From Calditrichia bacterium (GTDB lineage: Bacteria > Calditrichota > Calditrichia > JAJRVZ01), in NCBI GenBank assembly GCA_963796965.1, contig CAWCNS010000012.1, positions 61,279 through 125,278 on the forward strand: a stretch of DNA of 64,000 nt, written 5' to 3'. A model generated the notes under the pieces. That model saw only the letters and a list, made by a program, of their open reading frames with translations, searched no databases and was not told where the DNA came from. The translations under genes and the position numbers were made by a program. Positions 48,458-60,303 of the stretch are shown piece after piece (positions within the stretch are counted from its first letter, which is position 1; each line of letters opens with the position of its first letter).

Positions 48458-50805
48458 TCTGGGCGATTTTATTCACTTTCTCTTTTTTTGAAGTTTGTTG
48501 ATTAGTTGTCTTTTTTTCATCCTCTTTGGGATATTCTATGCGCTGGTGATAAATTCCTAGCAGAACTGACATAAACCCATCAATAATACCTTTCAAATCC
48601 CTCATTGTAAGTTCGCTGTCATCCAATTCACCTTCGAGAAAGCGCTGTTCTACTAACTCTTCAACCTGTTTTCTCAATCTTCCTGCCGATGGGTTGCTTA
48701 ATGTTCGCGTTGCTGCCTCGATTGTATCTGCAAGCATAACAATGGCTGTCTCTTTTGATTTCGGAGAGGGACCAGGGTAACGGTAGTCTGATTCACGTAC
48801 ATCTTTTGACTCGTTGTCTTCTAAAGCTTTGTTATAGAAATACTTCATCAAATTTGTACCATGATGTTCTGGAATAAAATCACGAATTACTTTTGGCAGG
48901 CTGTTCTTCTCTGCCAATTCTAATCCATTCTTAACATGAGAGGTCAATATCAGCGCACTCATATTCGGCGCTAAGCCCTCATGTCTGTTTGCTTTCTCCT
49001 TTTGATTCTCCACAAAATATTCTGGTTTTACCATCTTGCCTATATCATGGTAATAGCTACCAACCCGCGCTAGTAGTGAATTAGCCCCAATCGCCATGGC
49101 TGCTGATTCAGATAAATTGCCGACGATAATACTGTGATGAAATGTACCGGGAGCTTTAACAGCAAGTTCCTTTAATAAAGGCTGGTTTAAATCTGATAGT
49201 TCGAGTAGGGTCACATCAGTTGTGATATCGAATAATCTTTCAAATACCCCCAGCATCATATAGGTTATAAAGGGAGAAAGGATAGCATTGGGTAAAAGAT
49301 AAAAGACAAAATTCTGAAAAATTTCCTGGAAATCCTGATATCTCAATGCGCCGAGGGTAAAGATTATTATCAAATAAGCACTGATAATATAGAGGATGGC
49401 TTTAAATATCTGATTTCTTGTTCGAATACGGGTGACAGAGTATATGGCAACAATTCCTACAAACATGATCAAAACAGCAAAAGCATAGTCAAATCCATTA
49501 ACACCAGCTAGAAGCAATCCTATGACAACTGTTCCTACCAATCCAATTCCCGGATCAAATAAAATACCCAATAACATAGAGGAAATTGTTGTTGGGATAA
49601 TGTAAGATTCCCACCCGAGTGGACCTAAAATTAAGGCTCCAACGCCTACCTGACCGAGAATGAGAATTGATATAAGCAGTAGTTTGTTGTTATCCCGGAA
49701 TACTTTGTTTCTATTTGCAGATAAATACAGGACATAGAGGGTCAGGATCAGGGCCGTAAGTAAAAATTTACCTAATTGAGAAAGGATATTCTGTAGATCT
49801 CCACCTAATTTACTCCTTTCTGCAATCTTTACTTCAAGCGAATAAAGTTTTTGGTAAATATCTTTGGTGATCCGTTCATTGGCATCTACTATTCGTTCAT
49901 TATCATAAACCAGATCTTTTCCTAATGGAACAGCAGCCACCGCTTCACTACGACGCTTTTCTGTAAACTGTTCTAAATAGAGAACATTGGGTTGGATAAA
50001 TCGTCCAAAAATCTTAAGCAATGGTGTACGATCGTTGAATTTAGCAATTTCAAGTTGTGTATCTATAAAAGAATTCATCTCCGAATCATCAATAAGAGAG
50101 GTGATGGGTACTGATTCTTCGATACTATTGTTTATTATGGTCACGTATTCTTGTTTAATTTCTTCTTTGCTAATATTTATATAGTAAGCACCACCAAGTG
50201 AGGTGAATTCTGTTAATATCTTTCGTTTAAACGACGAATATCCATTTTTTTTAATCGAGCTTTAATACGGTCTCTACATCCTGCTTGCTGAGATTTAACC
50301 CAAAGTTAGTAGAGGCTCGTTCGCGTGTACGTTCAATGGCCAATGAATCGTCATTCAGAGTCAGAATTTCATTAATTACCCCCGGCTCTTGCTCAGGAGG
50401 GATGTAATCCCTACTAAGTTCTTGTAAGAGTAAAAGGAACTCCTTAAACTGATTTTCCTCATAGAATTGAACCGAATCTACAAAAGAAAAATAAGCAGGA
50501 ACCTTTTCACTAGCCTCCTTGCGTTCTTCTTTCAACTCATTTTCTAATTTGAGTACAGAAAAATCAAAAGGTGCGATTACCTTTTTAGTGGCAATGCTCC
50601 CTTCAGCAAGGTCCGTATATTTAAAACTCCGACCACTGGGAAACATGAGGGGAATGATAATAATGAGAGCGAGAATCATCCCAATCTTTGGAAAAATCTC
50701 CCTAAAGGGTATTCCTCCGATAGAACGATTCTGCAACGAATTCAGAAATTTTAATTTATTCTTAATGTTAAACATATGCGCAATTTCCTCAAGAAAAGAT
50801 CCCAC
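48435..50805 (-). CDS. 7TM-receptor HD-domain phosphohydrolase (PgpH/YqfF-like); frame interrupted at about 50253-50262
   Basis: The N-terminal ORF 50251-50805 (TM helix + extracellular domain) ends ...TVLKLD*. The next frame continues IKKNGYSSFKRKILTEF... into ORF 48435-50144, which has 7 TM helices and an HD domain (HHSIIVGN, YHDIGK). Confidence 0.75.
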
Positions 50806-50898
50806 TATTAAAATACGAATCAGATCTTATATGTATTCGGACAGAAAACATCAAATTCCAGATAAATACTTTTTTTGTATCTTTTTGTTTAGGTGTAA

Positions 50899-52971
50899 TC
50901 AAGTTTTCTCTAGTTTTACCAGAGAATCCTTTTCACCAAAAATTAAGAGGGTATCACCCATTTCAACAACATATTGGGCATCAGGTTGTACCGTGCTTAT
51001 GCCTTTCTTTTTGCTCTCTTTTTTAACAAGCAGAACATCTACTCCATAACGAGACCTGATATTTAACTGGGCTAACGTTTTGCCGATGAAAATAGTCGGT
51101 GCTTCCAACTGGACCAGATGATATTTATCGATAACAGGCACAATTTTCTGTGTACTCATTTTTCTAATGCCAACACTCACCTCTCCTGACATATCTCTTA
51201 AGAATATCTGCTTATTATAAGTCTCAATAACATCATGTTGCCAAATACTTCCGATGATTTGATTACCCCCTGATTCGGTAACGACTGGTAATTCGTCGGC
51301 ATTATTGATTCCAAATTTTTTCATAACATCATCAAGATTCTCATCAGGGAATACTCGAATAACATTTACATTCATTACATCTGCAGCAATCAAAAGATTT
51401 TTTAAATGGTCATAATCTATGATTGTTCTTCGAATCTCTTGTAACGAAATTGACCCCTGAATTCTATTCTCTTTATCGATAACATAAAAATAATTGTGCT
51501 GACTTCCCGCCATTTTTTCGATGATAGATGTAAAAGGTTCAGATTCTGGGATTATTTCAACGGAATTTTTGTAAATATCTTTGACCTTTAATTTTTTTAA
51601 TACATTTAACTCACGTCCCCCGAATACATTAATACCTTTTAGTTTCAATTTCAATGTGTAGATCGACTCTTCTTTCAACTTCATCGCCAGAACTGTGGCT
51701 ATGATACACGTGATCATTAAAGGTAGCATAATCTTATAGTCACCACTCATTTCAAATATAATCAGGATGGCGGCGGTTGGCCCATGGGTCGCTGCAGCCA
51801 CGACACCTCCCATCGCGACCAATGCATAGGCTCCGGGAGATATTTGCAGATCCGGAAAAATTTGCGCAATAAGCGATCCATAAAAACTTCCCAGCATGGC
51901 ACCTAAAAACAGAGAAGGGGCGAAAACACCACCTGAACCACCAGAACCAAGACTAAGCGATGTGGCAAGAACCTTAATAAAGACAAGGGCTAAGGCCAGC
52001 TCCCAGACAATAGAATTATTAAGAGCGTCGGTTATTGTATCATAGCCAATACCGAATATTTGAGGAAAGAAAATCCCGATCAACCCGATGGCAGCTCCTC
52101 CCAGAGAAGCCTTTACCCACTCCGGCCATTTTTTATTATCAAAAAAGGCTTCTGAAGAATAAAGGGATTTAATAAACAAAAGCGCTACACCGGCGGCAAG
52201 AAAACCTAAAATGACATAGAAAACGAGTTCAATTGGAGAACCCAGTCGGTATTCCGGCACTTCAAAAGCGGGGAAATCACCCAGATACGTACGTGAAACG
52301 ATAGTTGCCATTACGGATGAAATTACCACCGCGCTGAATTGGGGAATGGCAAAATCTCCTAAAATAACTTCAACCGCAAATAATGCTCCTGCTACAGGTG
52401 CATTAAACGCAGCAGCAATCCCTGATGCAGCACCACAGGCAACAAAGGTTCGCATCCTTTTGGCATTTACCCTGAAAAACTGACCTACAGTTGAACCGAC
52501 AGCTGCGCCAATTTGGATTACCGGTCCTTCCCGGCCAACGGATCCGCCAGATGCGATATAAACGGCCGAGGCTAACAGTTTTGCTACAACCACTCTGGGC
52601 CGTATAACACCATTTCGCATGGTGATGGCTTCCATCACCTCAGGAACGCCATGGCCCTTTGCCTCGCGGGCTACAAATTGAATAATCAGGCCAACAAAGG
52701 CACCACCCAGCATAGGGATCACGATTTTGTAGACGAGCGGAGTACTATTGATTGTCTCAAGATTAAAAGGACCTCCCCAAAAGAGTAATTGGAATTCCTT
52801 TATCAGAAATTGTATTCCCACAGCACCATAGCCACCCAATAAACCTATCACTACAGCAACCGTTAAAACAAATGAGTTCTCACGCATTTTTATTGAATCG
52901 GTCAAATTAGTGGCGCGTTTGGAAAGACGTTTAAAAAGTGAATCTTTATGTTTGGAAGATGGGTCGTTCAT
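50899..52971 (-). CDS. ClC-family chloride channel/antiporter with C-terminal CBS pair and TrkA-C domain
   Basis: GSVGREGP, GIAAAFNAPVAG and GGVFAPSL selectivity motifs. CBS and RCK-C-like C-terminus. Confidence 0.9.
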   Translation of the reverse strand: MNDPSSKHKDSLFKRLSKRATNLTDSIKMRENSFVLTVAVVIGLLGGYGAVGIQFLIKEFQLLFWGGPFNLETINSTPLVYKIVIPMLGGAFVGLIIQFVAREAKGHGVPEVMEAITMRNGVIRPRVVVAKLLASAVYIASGGSVGREGPVIQIGAAVGSTVGQFFRVNAKRMRTFVACGAASGIAAAFNAPVAGALFAVEVILGDFAIPQFSAVVISSVMATIVSRTYLGDFPAFEVPEYRLGSPIELVFYVILGFLAAGVALLFIKSLYSSEAFFDNKKWPEWVKASLGGAAIGLIGIFFPQIFGIGYDTITDALNNSIVWELALALVFIKVLATSLSLGSGGSGGVFAPSLFLGAMLGSFYGSLIAQIFPDLQISPGAYALVAMGGVVAAATHGPTAAILIIFEMSGDYKIMLPLMITCIIATVLAMKLKEESIYTLKLKLKGINVFGGRELNVLKKLKVKDIYKNSVEIIPESEPFTSIIEKMAGSQHNYFYVIDKENRIQGSISLQEIRRTIIDYDHLKNLLIAADVMNVNVIRVFPDENLDDVMKKFGINNADELPVVTESGGNQIIGSIWQHDVIETYNKQIFLRDMSGEVSVGIRKMSTQKIVPVIDKYHLVQLEAPTIFIGKTLAQLNIRSRYGVDVLLVKKESKKKGISTVQPDAQYVVEMGDTLLIFGEKDSLVKLEKT

Positions 52972-53393
52972 TAAAGTGAGGTGACTATCAGTATGTTTTT
53001 ATAATTTTATAATATGGTGTCTGCATATGTTTATTAGGTCTCAAATTTTTTTACAAAGATAGCCATGAATATGGCAAGAGTGGATAAGAAAATTTATAAT
53101 CAAATCAATCAGATGTCTATTTATTTAATTGACCGGATCCTTTATCCTCGCCCGATATATTCCTGTCAGGAACAAGATGCTGAATTTACGTATATGCCAT
53201 CGTCAATTCAACAAAAACTTCGGCTATGTTTATAAGGATTAAGGATGTAAATTTTTAGGTTAGTGCACAGCGCCGGCTAGTAATAGATCAATTAGAAATA
53301 TTTTATCAGTAGAGGACAGCCAATTAAACCTTGCACACATCACGCTAAATCAGTAAATTTTGTCGATTTAAACTTATTTCTTTACACTAATAA

Positions 53394-54701
<1,308 letters not shown>

Positions 54702-54720
54702 TTTAAATTGAGTAATAAGA

Positions 54721-55056
54721 ATGGCAAAAAAGCGTAAATCCGGACGTAAAATTACCCAGATCATGGAACAGATCTCGCGTAAGAAACGTGTAAGGCAAAT
54801 TACCCTTGCTGCCATTCTTATTACGATTGTTCTAATTTTTACAACAGGCTCCCGGGGTACTTATAAACTGTACCAGTTTGAGAAGAAGAAGGAGAACCTG
54901 GGGAAAGAGATCATTAAACTTGAAAATGAAAAAAAAGATCTAGAGAAAGTGAAATCAGGTATTGAAGATGACCCTGCTTACCTTGAGAAAATTGCCCGGG
55001 AAAAGTATAAAATGAAAAAAAAGGGGGAGAAAGTATACGAAATAGTCGAAGAATAG
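54721..55056 (+). CDS. Septum formation initiator (FtsB/DivIC-like)
   Basis: 111 aa. A single TM helix followed by a coiled coil (KKKENLGKEIIKLENEKKDLEK) and DPAYLEKIAREKY. Confidence 0.7.
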   Translation: MAKKRKSGRKITQIMEQISRKKRVRQITLAAILITIVLIFTTGSRGTYKLYQFEKKKENLGKEIIKLENEKKDLEKVKSGIEDDPAYLEKIAREKYKMKKKGEKVYEIVEE

Positions 55057-55211
55057 GGCTATCTTTTTTTCTTCTTTTATTTGTACTAATTATTTACAGC
55101 CCTCCTGCCACCGCTATTGGATTAACTCAAACACCGATTTCTCCACTCAACCGATATTGGAATTTATCGTTTATTAAACAAAGCATAACCTGGGATTGGC
55201 GGGGACAACTG

Positions 55212-56840
55212 GTGTTTAACGAGGATCCCGCACAGGGGATGGGTTTTTTGTTTGATGATCGTTTCACCACAAATTTGCTGGTCCAAAGTTATAATCAGCA
55301 AATGTGGCGTGATGAAAATATTTTGCATGCCTTCCTTTTTAATAAGTATTCTACCAATTATTATGGTGTGTATGTTAATTCATGGACGCTGGTTGATAAG
55401 CAGACAGTTCTCACCAGCCGTTTTAGCAATCATGCTGCCGGTATTAAATCTATTTACAATTTTAACAGACATATTATAATAGAACCTCATATTGGCTATC
55501 AAAGATCAGAAAACAGATCGTATATTGATATGGGATGGGATCTTGGGTTAGATGCCGATATTGGCGGAATTTATCTTGGTGATTATCGAACGAGTTTATA
55601 TCTGACCACAGAGTATGATCTTTATCCTCAGAGAGAAAATTATGCTAATCAGTTTAATGTACAAATTCATAAACAATTCTCAGCAAAAGCGCGGGATTCG
55701 TTACATGTTGGTTATGCAAAAACAAAACAGCAATTTTATTCAGGTGATTCCGGAGATCTGGTAGAAGTAAATATTGAAAATAAAAATCTTCACAACGCAT
55801 TAGAATATTTCATCTCATCTAATTCCTTGCTTCAATTAAACACCATAGTTCTGGACAGAAATATCTCAGATAATACACCCGTTAATCCCAATGTTAGAAA
55901 GGTCTTTCATTTTGAAAATAGATTGGGTTATCGTTACTTTTCTTCTAAAATTTTGATCTATTTAGGATTTAACACTTTTCAGGAAACATTAGATAACCTT
56001 GATTTCCGAACAGACAGTGAAGCCCTGCAATCGGGGATTCGGTCAGACTTTTCCTACTTCTTTACAAATATGAATCGACTGGATGTACAGTTCAATTTTA
56101 TTAAATTTCAATATGATACACCCGATCAGGTAGATAATCATGATGACCGGGATGAAATTCGTTTTGTGGGTACGGCAGGGTATTTTCATCGCCTTAGTCC
56201 CCTGCTTTGGATAAAATTTGATACCTATGTAAATCTTTTCCATAAATCATATTTATATAAAGAGCAGAGTGCTAATAATAGTTGGAACAGAATTTACCGA
56301 ATACAAACTACAGTAAATTATCAGTACAATGGCTGGCAAAATACCTTAAGAACTCATGTGCTGACAAACTATAATGTTTATGATTTTGATCATCTTTTTA
56401 CTAATACACGCAGTTTTGTATTCCGTAAGTATTCAGTTTCTGATTCGCTTCTTATTCCCGTTACTTATAGCACAAGAATAGGCGTATATGGTCGGCTCGA
56501 ACTTGAAGATAGGGGAAGTTTCTATGAAGAATTATTTGCACAATCGATTTCTGAATCATCACGGTCAACGTATTTTGATGCATTTTTGCAAAAACGAAAT
56601 ATCTTTTATTTTAACCTGGAGATTGGCGCGGCATTTTATAATAGAACAAATTGGCGTCACATCCCGGTAAAAGTCCTAAGTAGAGAGATAAGAAGGATAA
56701 GTCCCTATATTAGATTTGTTTACCCGTTAGACAGAAATCTCAGATTTTATTGTCAAATTGCGCAAAATTTTCTTATTGACGAAGGTAGAGAAAAATTAAG
56801 TTATACCTTTGGTCACCTGGATTTGCATTATAATTGGTAG
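55212..56840 (+). CDS. Predicted outer-membrane beta-barrel protein (uncharacterised); the true start is probably upstream
   Basis: Alternating aromatic/hydrophilic strand pattern with a terminal ...LDLHYNW. The same frame is open from 55011 and encodes a signal-like LSFFLLLFVLIIYSPPATA, but has no canonical start codon. Confidence 0.55.
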   Translation: MFNEDPAQGMGFLFDDRFTTNLLVQSYNQQMWRDENILHAFLFNKYSTNYYGVYVNSWTLVDKQTVLTSRFSNHAAGIKSIYNFNRHIIIEPHIGYQRSENRSYIDMGWDLGLDADIGGIYLGDYRTSLYLTTEYDLYPQRENYANQFNVQIHKQFSAKARDSLHVGYAKTKQQFYSGDSGDLVEVNIENKNLHNALEYFISSNSLLQLNTIVLDRNISDNTPVNPNVRKVFHFENRLGYRYFSSKILIYLGFNTFQETLDNLDFRTDSEALQSGIRSDFSYFFTNMNRLDVQFNFIKFQYDTPDQVDNHDDRDEIRFVGTAGYFHRLSPLLWIKFDTYVNLFHKSYLYKEQSANNSWNRIYRIQTTVNYQYNGWQNTLRTHVLTNYNVYDFDHLFTNTRSFVFRKYSVSDSLLIPVTYSTRIGVYGRLELEDRGSFYEELFAQSISESSRSTYFDAFLQKRNIFYFNLEIGAAFYNRTNWRHIPVKVLSREIRRISPYIRFVYPLDRNLRFYCQIAQNFLIDEGREKLSYTFGHLDLHYNW

Positions 56841-57052
56841 GACCTCACCCCTGGCCCCTCTCCTAAAAGGAGAGGGGAAGGTCTGTGTCCCAGTGGTAAC
56901 TATTGAATTTTCTTCTTTATATTTCTCCAATAAATGCTGAAGATGTCTGTAAATGGCGGTAGATTTAGGGGATCCAGGTAGAATTATATCTCCTCTCTCC
57001 TTTTAGGAGAGGGGCCGGCCCGAGACGCGCTACGTTGTAGGGAGTGAGGTCC
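56840..57052 (+). repeat. Repeat family C, copy 1 (13-14 nt terminal inverted repeats, two internal hairpins, variable core)
   Basis: GGACCTCACCCCT...CCCCTCTCCTAAAAGGAGAGGGG...[core]...GGAGAGGGGCCGGCCCGAGACGCGCTACGTTGTAGGGAGTGAGGTCC. The second copy is at 63693-63890. Confidence 0.85.
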
Positions 57053-57175
57053 TAATAACAGACTCCCAAGCCCTATGGTAGAGCGGAGAAAGCAGAGTTC
57101 TTTTATCTGTAGAAAGGATGTACAGTGATTCCTATGAAGTGGCTATAATATTTCATTTCGAAAAGAGAGGGTGTA

Positions 57176-58714
57176 TTACGGCTTAATGCTCAAATTTATA
57201 ATGTTCTCTCCATAGTTCATTTCCACATATTCCCGATGACGATCATGGTGTTGCGAATGAATTTCTATCCTCGCGCTAAATATCTTTGGCTTTGACCAAT
57301 AAAATATTTCAGTATTGTACACCCCCTCATGATTACTAAAAGTCGAAGCTAAAGTATCTTGTTGATGGATGACATATACTCTGGCATTTGGTACAGGTTT
57401 GTTTGATTCTCTTTCGCTTATTAAGCCCTTCGCATAGTATTTAATTCTGAGGGGTTTGAGAGAATGTTCCGTTATAAATGGCTTTTTTGCATAGACCGTA
57501 AAATCTTCACTTGAACCATTATGATCAATATCCGTTAGAACTTCCAGATTTACCACCATTGATAATGCCGTATCCGTTAGAGTTGTCTGATAGAGTCCAT
57601 TATCAGATTCAATAGTATCCACGATTGCATTATTCTGATGAATCACTATTTTTTTATTTAATCTTTTACCTGTCAAATCATCTTTAATCACTCCAGTGAG
57701 CAAATAGTCATTCACAGGTTTATGCAACTCAATATTTTTCTGGTTACTTCCAGGATACAAGGTGATGTATTCAATATGTGTCTCATAGCCATAACGGATT
57801 AATTTAATCATCACGTCATCAAGTTGTTCTGCTACCTTTGTGAATGTCCCGCAATTATATGTATTGCCTACAACGCCATTATAAAGTGTATCCGGTTCAT
57901 TAAGTGGATGGTTAATTAATAAAAGCCGGCCATTTTTTATGTTGTTTCCGTAATTGTTCTGGATTGTGCCGCTGAGTTTAAAAGTTATATAGGGGCTTAT
58001 GCTAAACTCAAATTCATTTCGTACACCCTCAATTAACCGGACATTGGTATCCAGGACCGCATAACCTGGTCTTATTATTTTGACTTCGGCAAAGTCGTCA
58101 AAATTAGAATTGGAATTATTAAACATATTTGTTGGATGATAACTTGAGCGATCTACCTGCTCCAGGTAAATTGTAAAAAACCCACCATCCAGGGCAATCA
58201 TTTTATTCTGTGCTACTTTACCTGTCTGATTATCTCGTAAGCGATATACATAAACACCACTGGCCATTTCGATGTCGATTTGGTTTTGGCTATTCACATT
58301 CACCCGGATCAAAAGTTGTCCCAAAATAGTATAGATCTCCAGAACATCGTACCCATCCGGAAACTGAATGGTTGTGCTGGGATTAAATGGATTAGGGAAA
58401 TTCTGTACAATATCTTCCTCAATACTTTTCCATTTGCCATTAAAATGCCCTAAATGATCTGTTTGAAAATTAGTGCTATCAGGTAAAATAATAAATCGGG
58501 CAGTCGCACCGCCAACCGGTCTTTGAGAGAATGCATCGTAAATCTCTCCTGAGATAGGGTAGGTGAAGATAGTTTCATTCCTGGAGACTCTTTCATGGTT
58601 ATCAAAATTTTGAGAATAAGACTCCAATACCAGAACAAGGAAGAAAAGAAGGGTCCAGTTGATAGGCAATCTAAGTAAATTCAATAATGTTCGAAGCGGG
58701 ATAGAATATGTCAT
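57176..58714 (-). CDS. Secreted protein with carboxypeptidase-regulatory-like repeats and an internal T9SS-CTD-like segment
   Basis: Signal/TM N-terminus. Residues 103-175 read VQNFPNPFNPSTTIQF...GVYVYRL...KMIAL (Por secretion tail-like). About 335 further residues follow it. Confidence 0.6.
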   Translation of the reverse strand: MTYSIPLRTLLNLLRLPINWTLLFFLVLVLESYSQNFDNHERVSRNETIFTYPISGEIYDAFSQRPVGGATARFIILPDSTNFQTDHLGHFNGKWKSIEEDIVQNFPNPFNPSTTIQFPDGYDVLEIYTILGQLLIRVNVNSQNQIDIEMASGVYVYRLRDNQTGKVAQNKMIALDGGFFTIYLEQVDRSSYHPTNMFNNSNSNFDDFAEVKIIRPGYAVLDTNVRLIEGVRNEFEFSISPYITFKLSGTIQNNYGNNIKNGRLLLINHPLNEPDTLYNGVVGNTYNCGTFTKVAEQLDDVMIKLIRYGYETHIEYITLYPGSNQKNIELHKPVNDYLLTGVIKDDLTGKRLNKKIVIHQNNAIVDTIESDNGLYQTTLTDTALSMVVNLEVLTDIDHNGSSEDFTVYAKKPFITEHSLKPLRIKYYAKGLISERESNKPVPNARVYVIHQQDTLASTFSNHEGVYNTEIFYWSKPKIFSARIEIHSQHHDRHREYVEMNYGENIINLSIKP

Positions 58715-58904
58715 ACTTATTTATATCAAGTCTGTAGGTCATATTAAAAATTATACAGGTCTTAAGTCAATAATTTTACAACTTTATGTATTAATATTCA
58801 AATTAAAAAACAGGCAAAAGGCCAAAGGCCCTTCAATAATTTTTATTGATGCCTATGCATTAAACTATTATATTTTATCATAACAATCTGGTTAAGTTTT
58901 AGAT

Positions 58905-59159
58905 ATGAATTCTCACGTACCGGATTATCACTATTTACATCAAATTATCTCACTAAAAGATAAAATGTATTCCTCAGGTAGAAAAAATCAAAAAAGAGAA
59001 TTTAATCCCTTTAATATTCGTGAAAATCATACCGATAATAAATATCATATCAAGTTTGAAAGAATGGATGCGAGAATTAGAACAAAACCTTTCTGGTGGT
59101 TTATTCTCGCTCTTGTTTTTGTGATAATCTTATATTGGTATTTAAATGTTAGATTTTAA
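58905..59159 (+). CDS. Hypothetical small protein with a C-terminal TM helix
   Basis: 84-aa ORF with a hydrophobic tail (FWWFILALVFVIILYWYL). I recognised no similarity. It lies directly upstream of the cNMP gene pair. Confidence 0.25.
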   Translation: MNSHVPDYHYLHQIISLKDKMYSSGRKNQKREFNPFNIRENHTDNKYHIKFERMDARIRTKPFWWFILALVFVIILYWYLNVRF

Positions 59160-59222
59160 AATCATCATTTTTTTAATATCATCCAATATTCAGGATGTGC
59201 TAGCCGGATCTCGGGAGGCCTA

Positions 59223-60302
59223 ATGATACAGATTAGTAAAATAATCCAAAAAGTACCTATTTTTAGAATGCTGGGTAAAGAGAGTATTGATTTTATTGTT
59301 GAACGACTGAAGTTCAAGTCATTTGATGAAAATTATTCAATTTGTAAAATTGGAGATCCAGGCGATACCATGTTTATCATCATAACAGGGAATGTAGATA
59401 TTGTCATCAATGATAAAGAGGGGAATGAACAAGTCGTTGCCTCATTAGGGTCAGGAGATTATTTTGGTGAAATGGCCCTCCTCACGGGTGAACCTCGCAC
59501 GGCAACCGTACGTACATCCGAACCTTCAGAAATGTTTTTATTAGTTCAAAAAGATTTTGATGTAATACTGGAAAAATTTCCTTCGATATCGTTGACCATG
59601 GGGAAAGATGTATCTAAGCGTCTCCGGGACTTGTTATCAAAAGCACTTGAGATGCCAAGAAAAGCCGTTAAAGAAGCAGGACCTTCTGGTTCTTTGAGCG
59701 AAACGCCATTAATTGATCTGGTTGGTTTTTGTGAATCAAATTCTCTGACCGGTACACTCAAACTTAAAAACGGAGCAGAAGAGGGTGTTTTTACCTATGA
59801 AAGTGGTGAGTTACTCTCTGTAAAGGCCAGTAGCAAATCAGATGATGAGGCCCTGGATATGATGCTTCATTGGACAGAGGGTACCTTTGAGATTGAGTCA
59901 AAGCCGCTAACGCTTAAAAAAGAACAGCCGGTTTCTGCAAGTTCCAAAGAGGTTAAGGAAATATTGATTGTAAACAATAGTCTTGTAGTTAGAAAATTAA
60001 TTGAACGGGCTTTTAAAAGTCTTGGCTATAAAATTAATACGGCAGAGAATATTGCAAAAGCAACAGAAATTATGGATACATCACCTGCTGATATCATTAT
60101 CACGGATGTAAAACTTTCAGATGGATCGGGTGTCGCGTATTGCCAGGCAGAAAGATCAAACAGGAAAACACCCTTTATCTTTCTGGCAGATGATTCAATG
60201 AAGGATGATTTAATCACAGAGATAGAAAACTTGGGAGATGCTGAATTAACCAAGACACATGAAGTGAGTGAGATTGTCAAACTGGTGGAGAATCTTATCT
60301 AA
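59223..60302 (+). CDS. Cyclic-nucleotide-binding domain + DUF4388/PATAN-like domain + receiver domain protein
   Basis: CAP-type cNMP pocket (GDYFGEMALLTGEPRTATV). Middle segment LIDLVGFCESNSLTGTLKL...WTEGTFEIE. C-terminal REC (ILIVNNS...IIITDVKLSDGSG). Confidence 0.7.
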   Translation: MIQISKIIQKVPIFRMLGKESIDFIVERLKFKSFDENYSICKIGDPGDTMFIIITGNVDIVINDKEGNEQVVASLGSGDYFGEMALLTGEPRTATVRTSEPSEMFLLVQKDFDVILEKFPSISLTMGKDVSKRLRDLLSKALEMPRKAVKEAGPSGSLSETPLIDLVGFCESNSLTGTLKLKNGAEEGVFTYESGELLSVKASSKSDDEALDMMLHWTEGTFEIESKPLTLKKEQPVSASSKEVKEILIVNNSLVVRKLIERAFKSLGYKINTAENIAKATEIMDTSPADIIITDVKLSDGSGVAYCQAERSNRKTPFIFLADDSMKDDLITEIENLGDAELTKTHEVSEIVKLVENLI

Positions 60303-60303
60303 G

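Noticed and set aside
50519-51049. 176-aa ORF on the + strand
   Set aside because: It lies entirely antisense to the pgpH-like N-terminal region and the 3' end of the ClC gene. The translation is low-complexity with no recognisable motifs, so it is a shadow ORF.
53065-53235. 56-codon ORF upstream of eno (MNMARVDKKIYNQ...)
   Set aside because: It has no recognisable motif, no clear ribosome-binding site and is AT-rich, so it cannot be supported from sequence alone.
56840-57052. Family C element as an integron attC site
   Set aside because: I found no GTTRRRY/RYYYAAC core pair at the ends, no integrase, and no cassette array. The elements sit after ordinary chromosomal genes.
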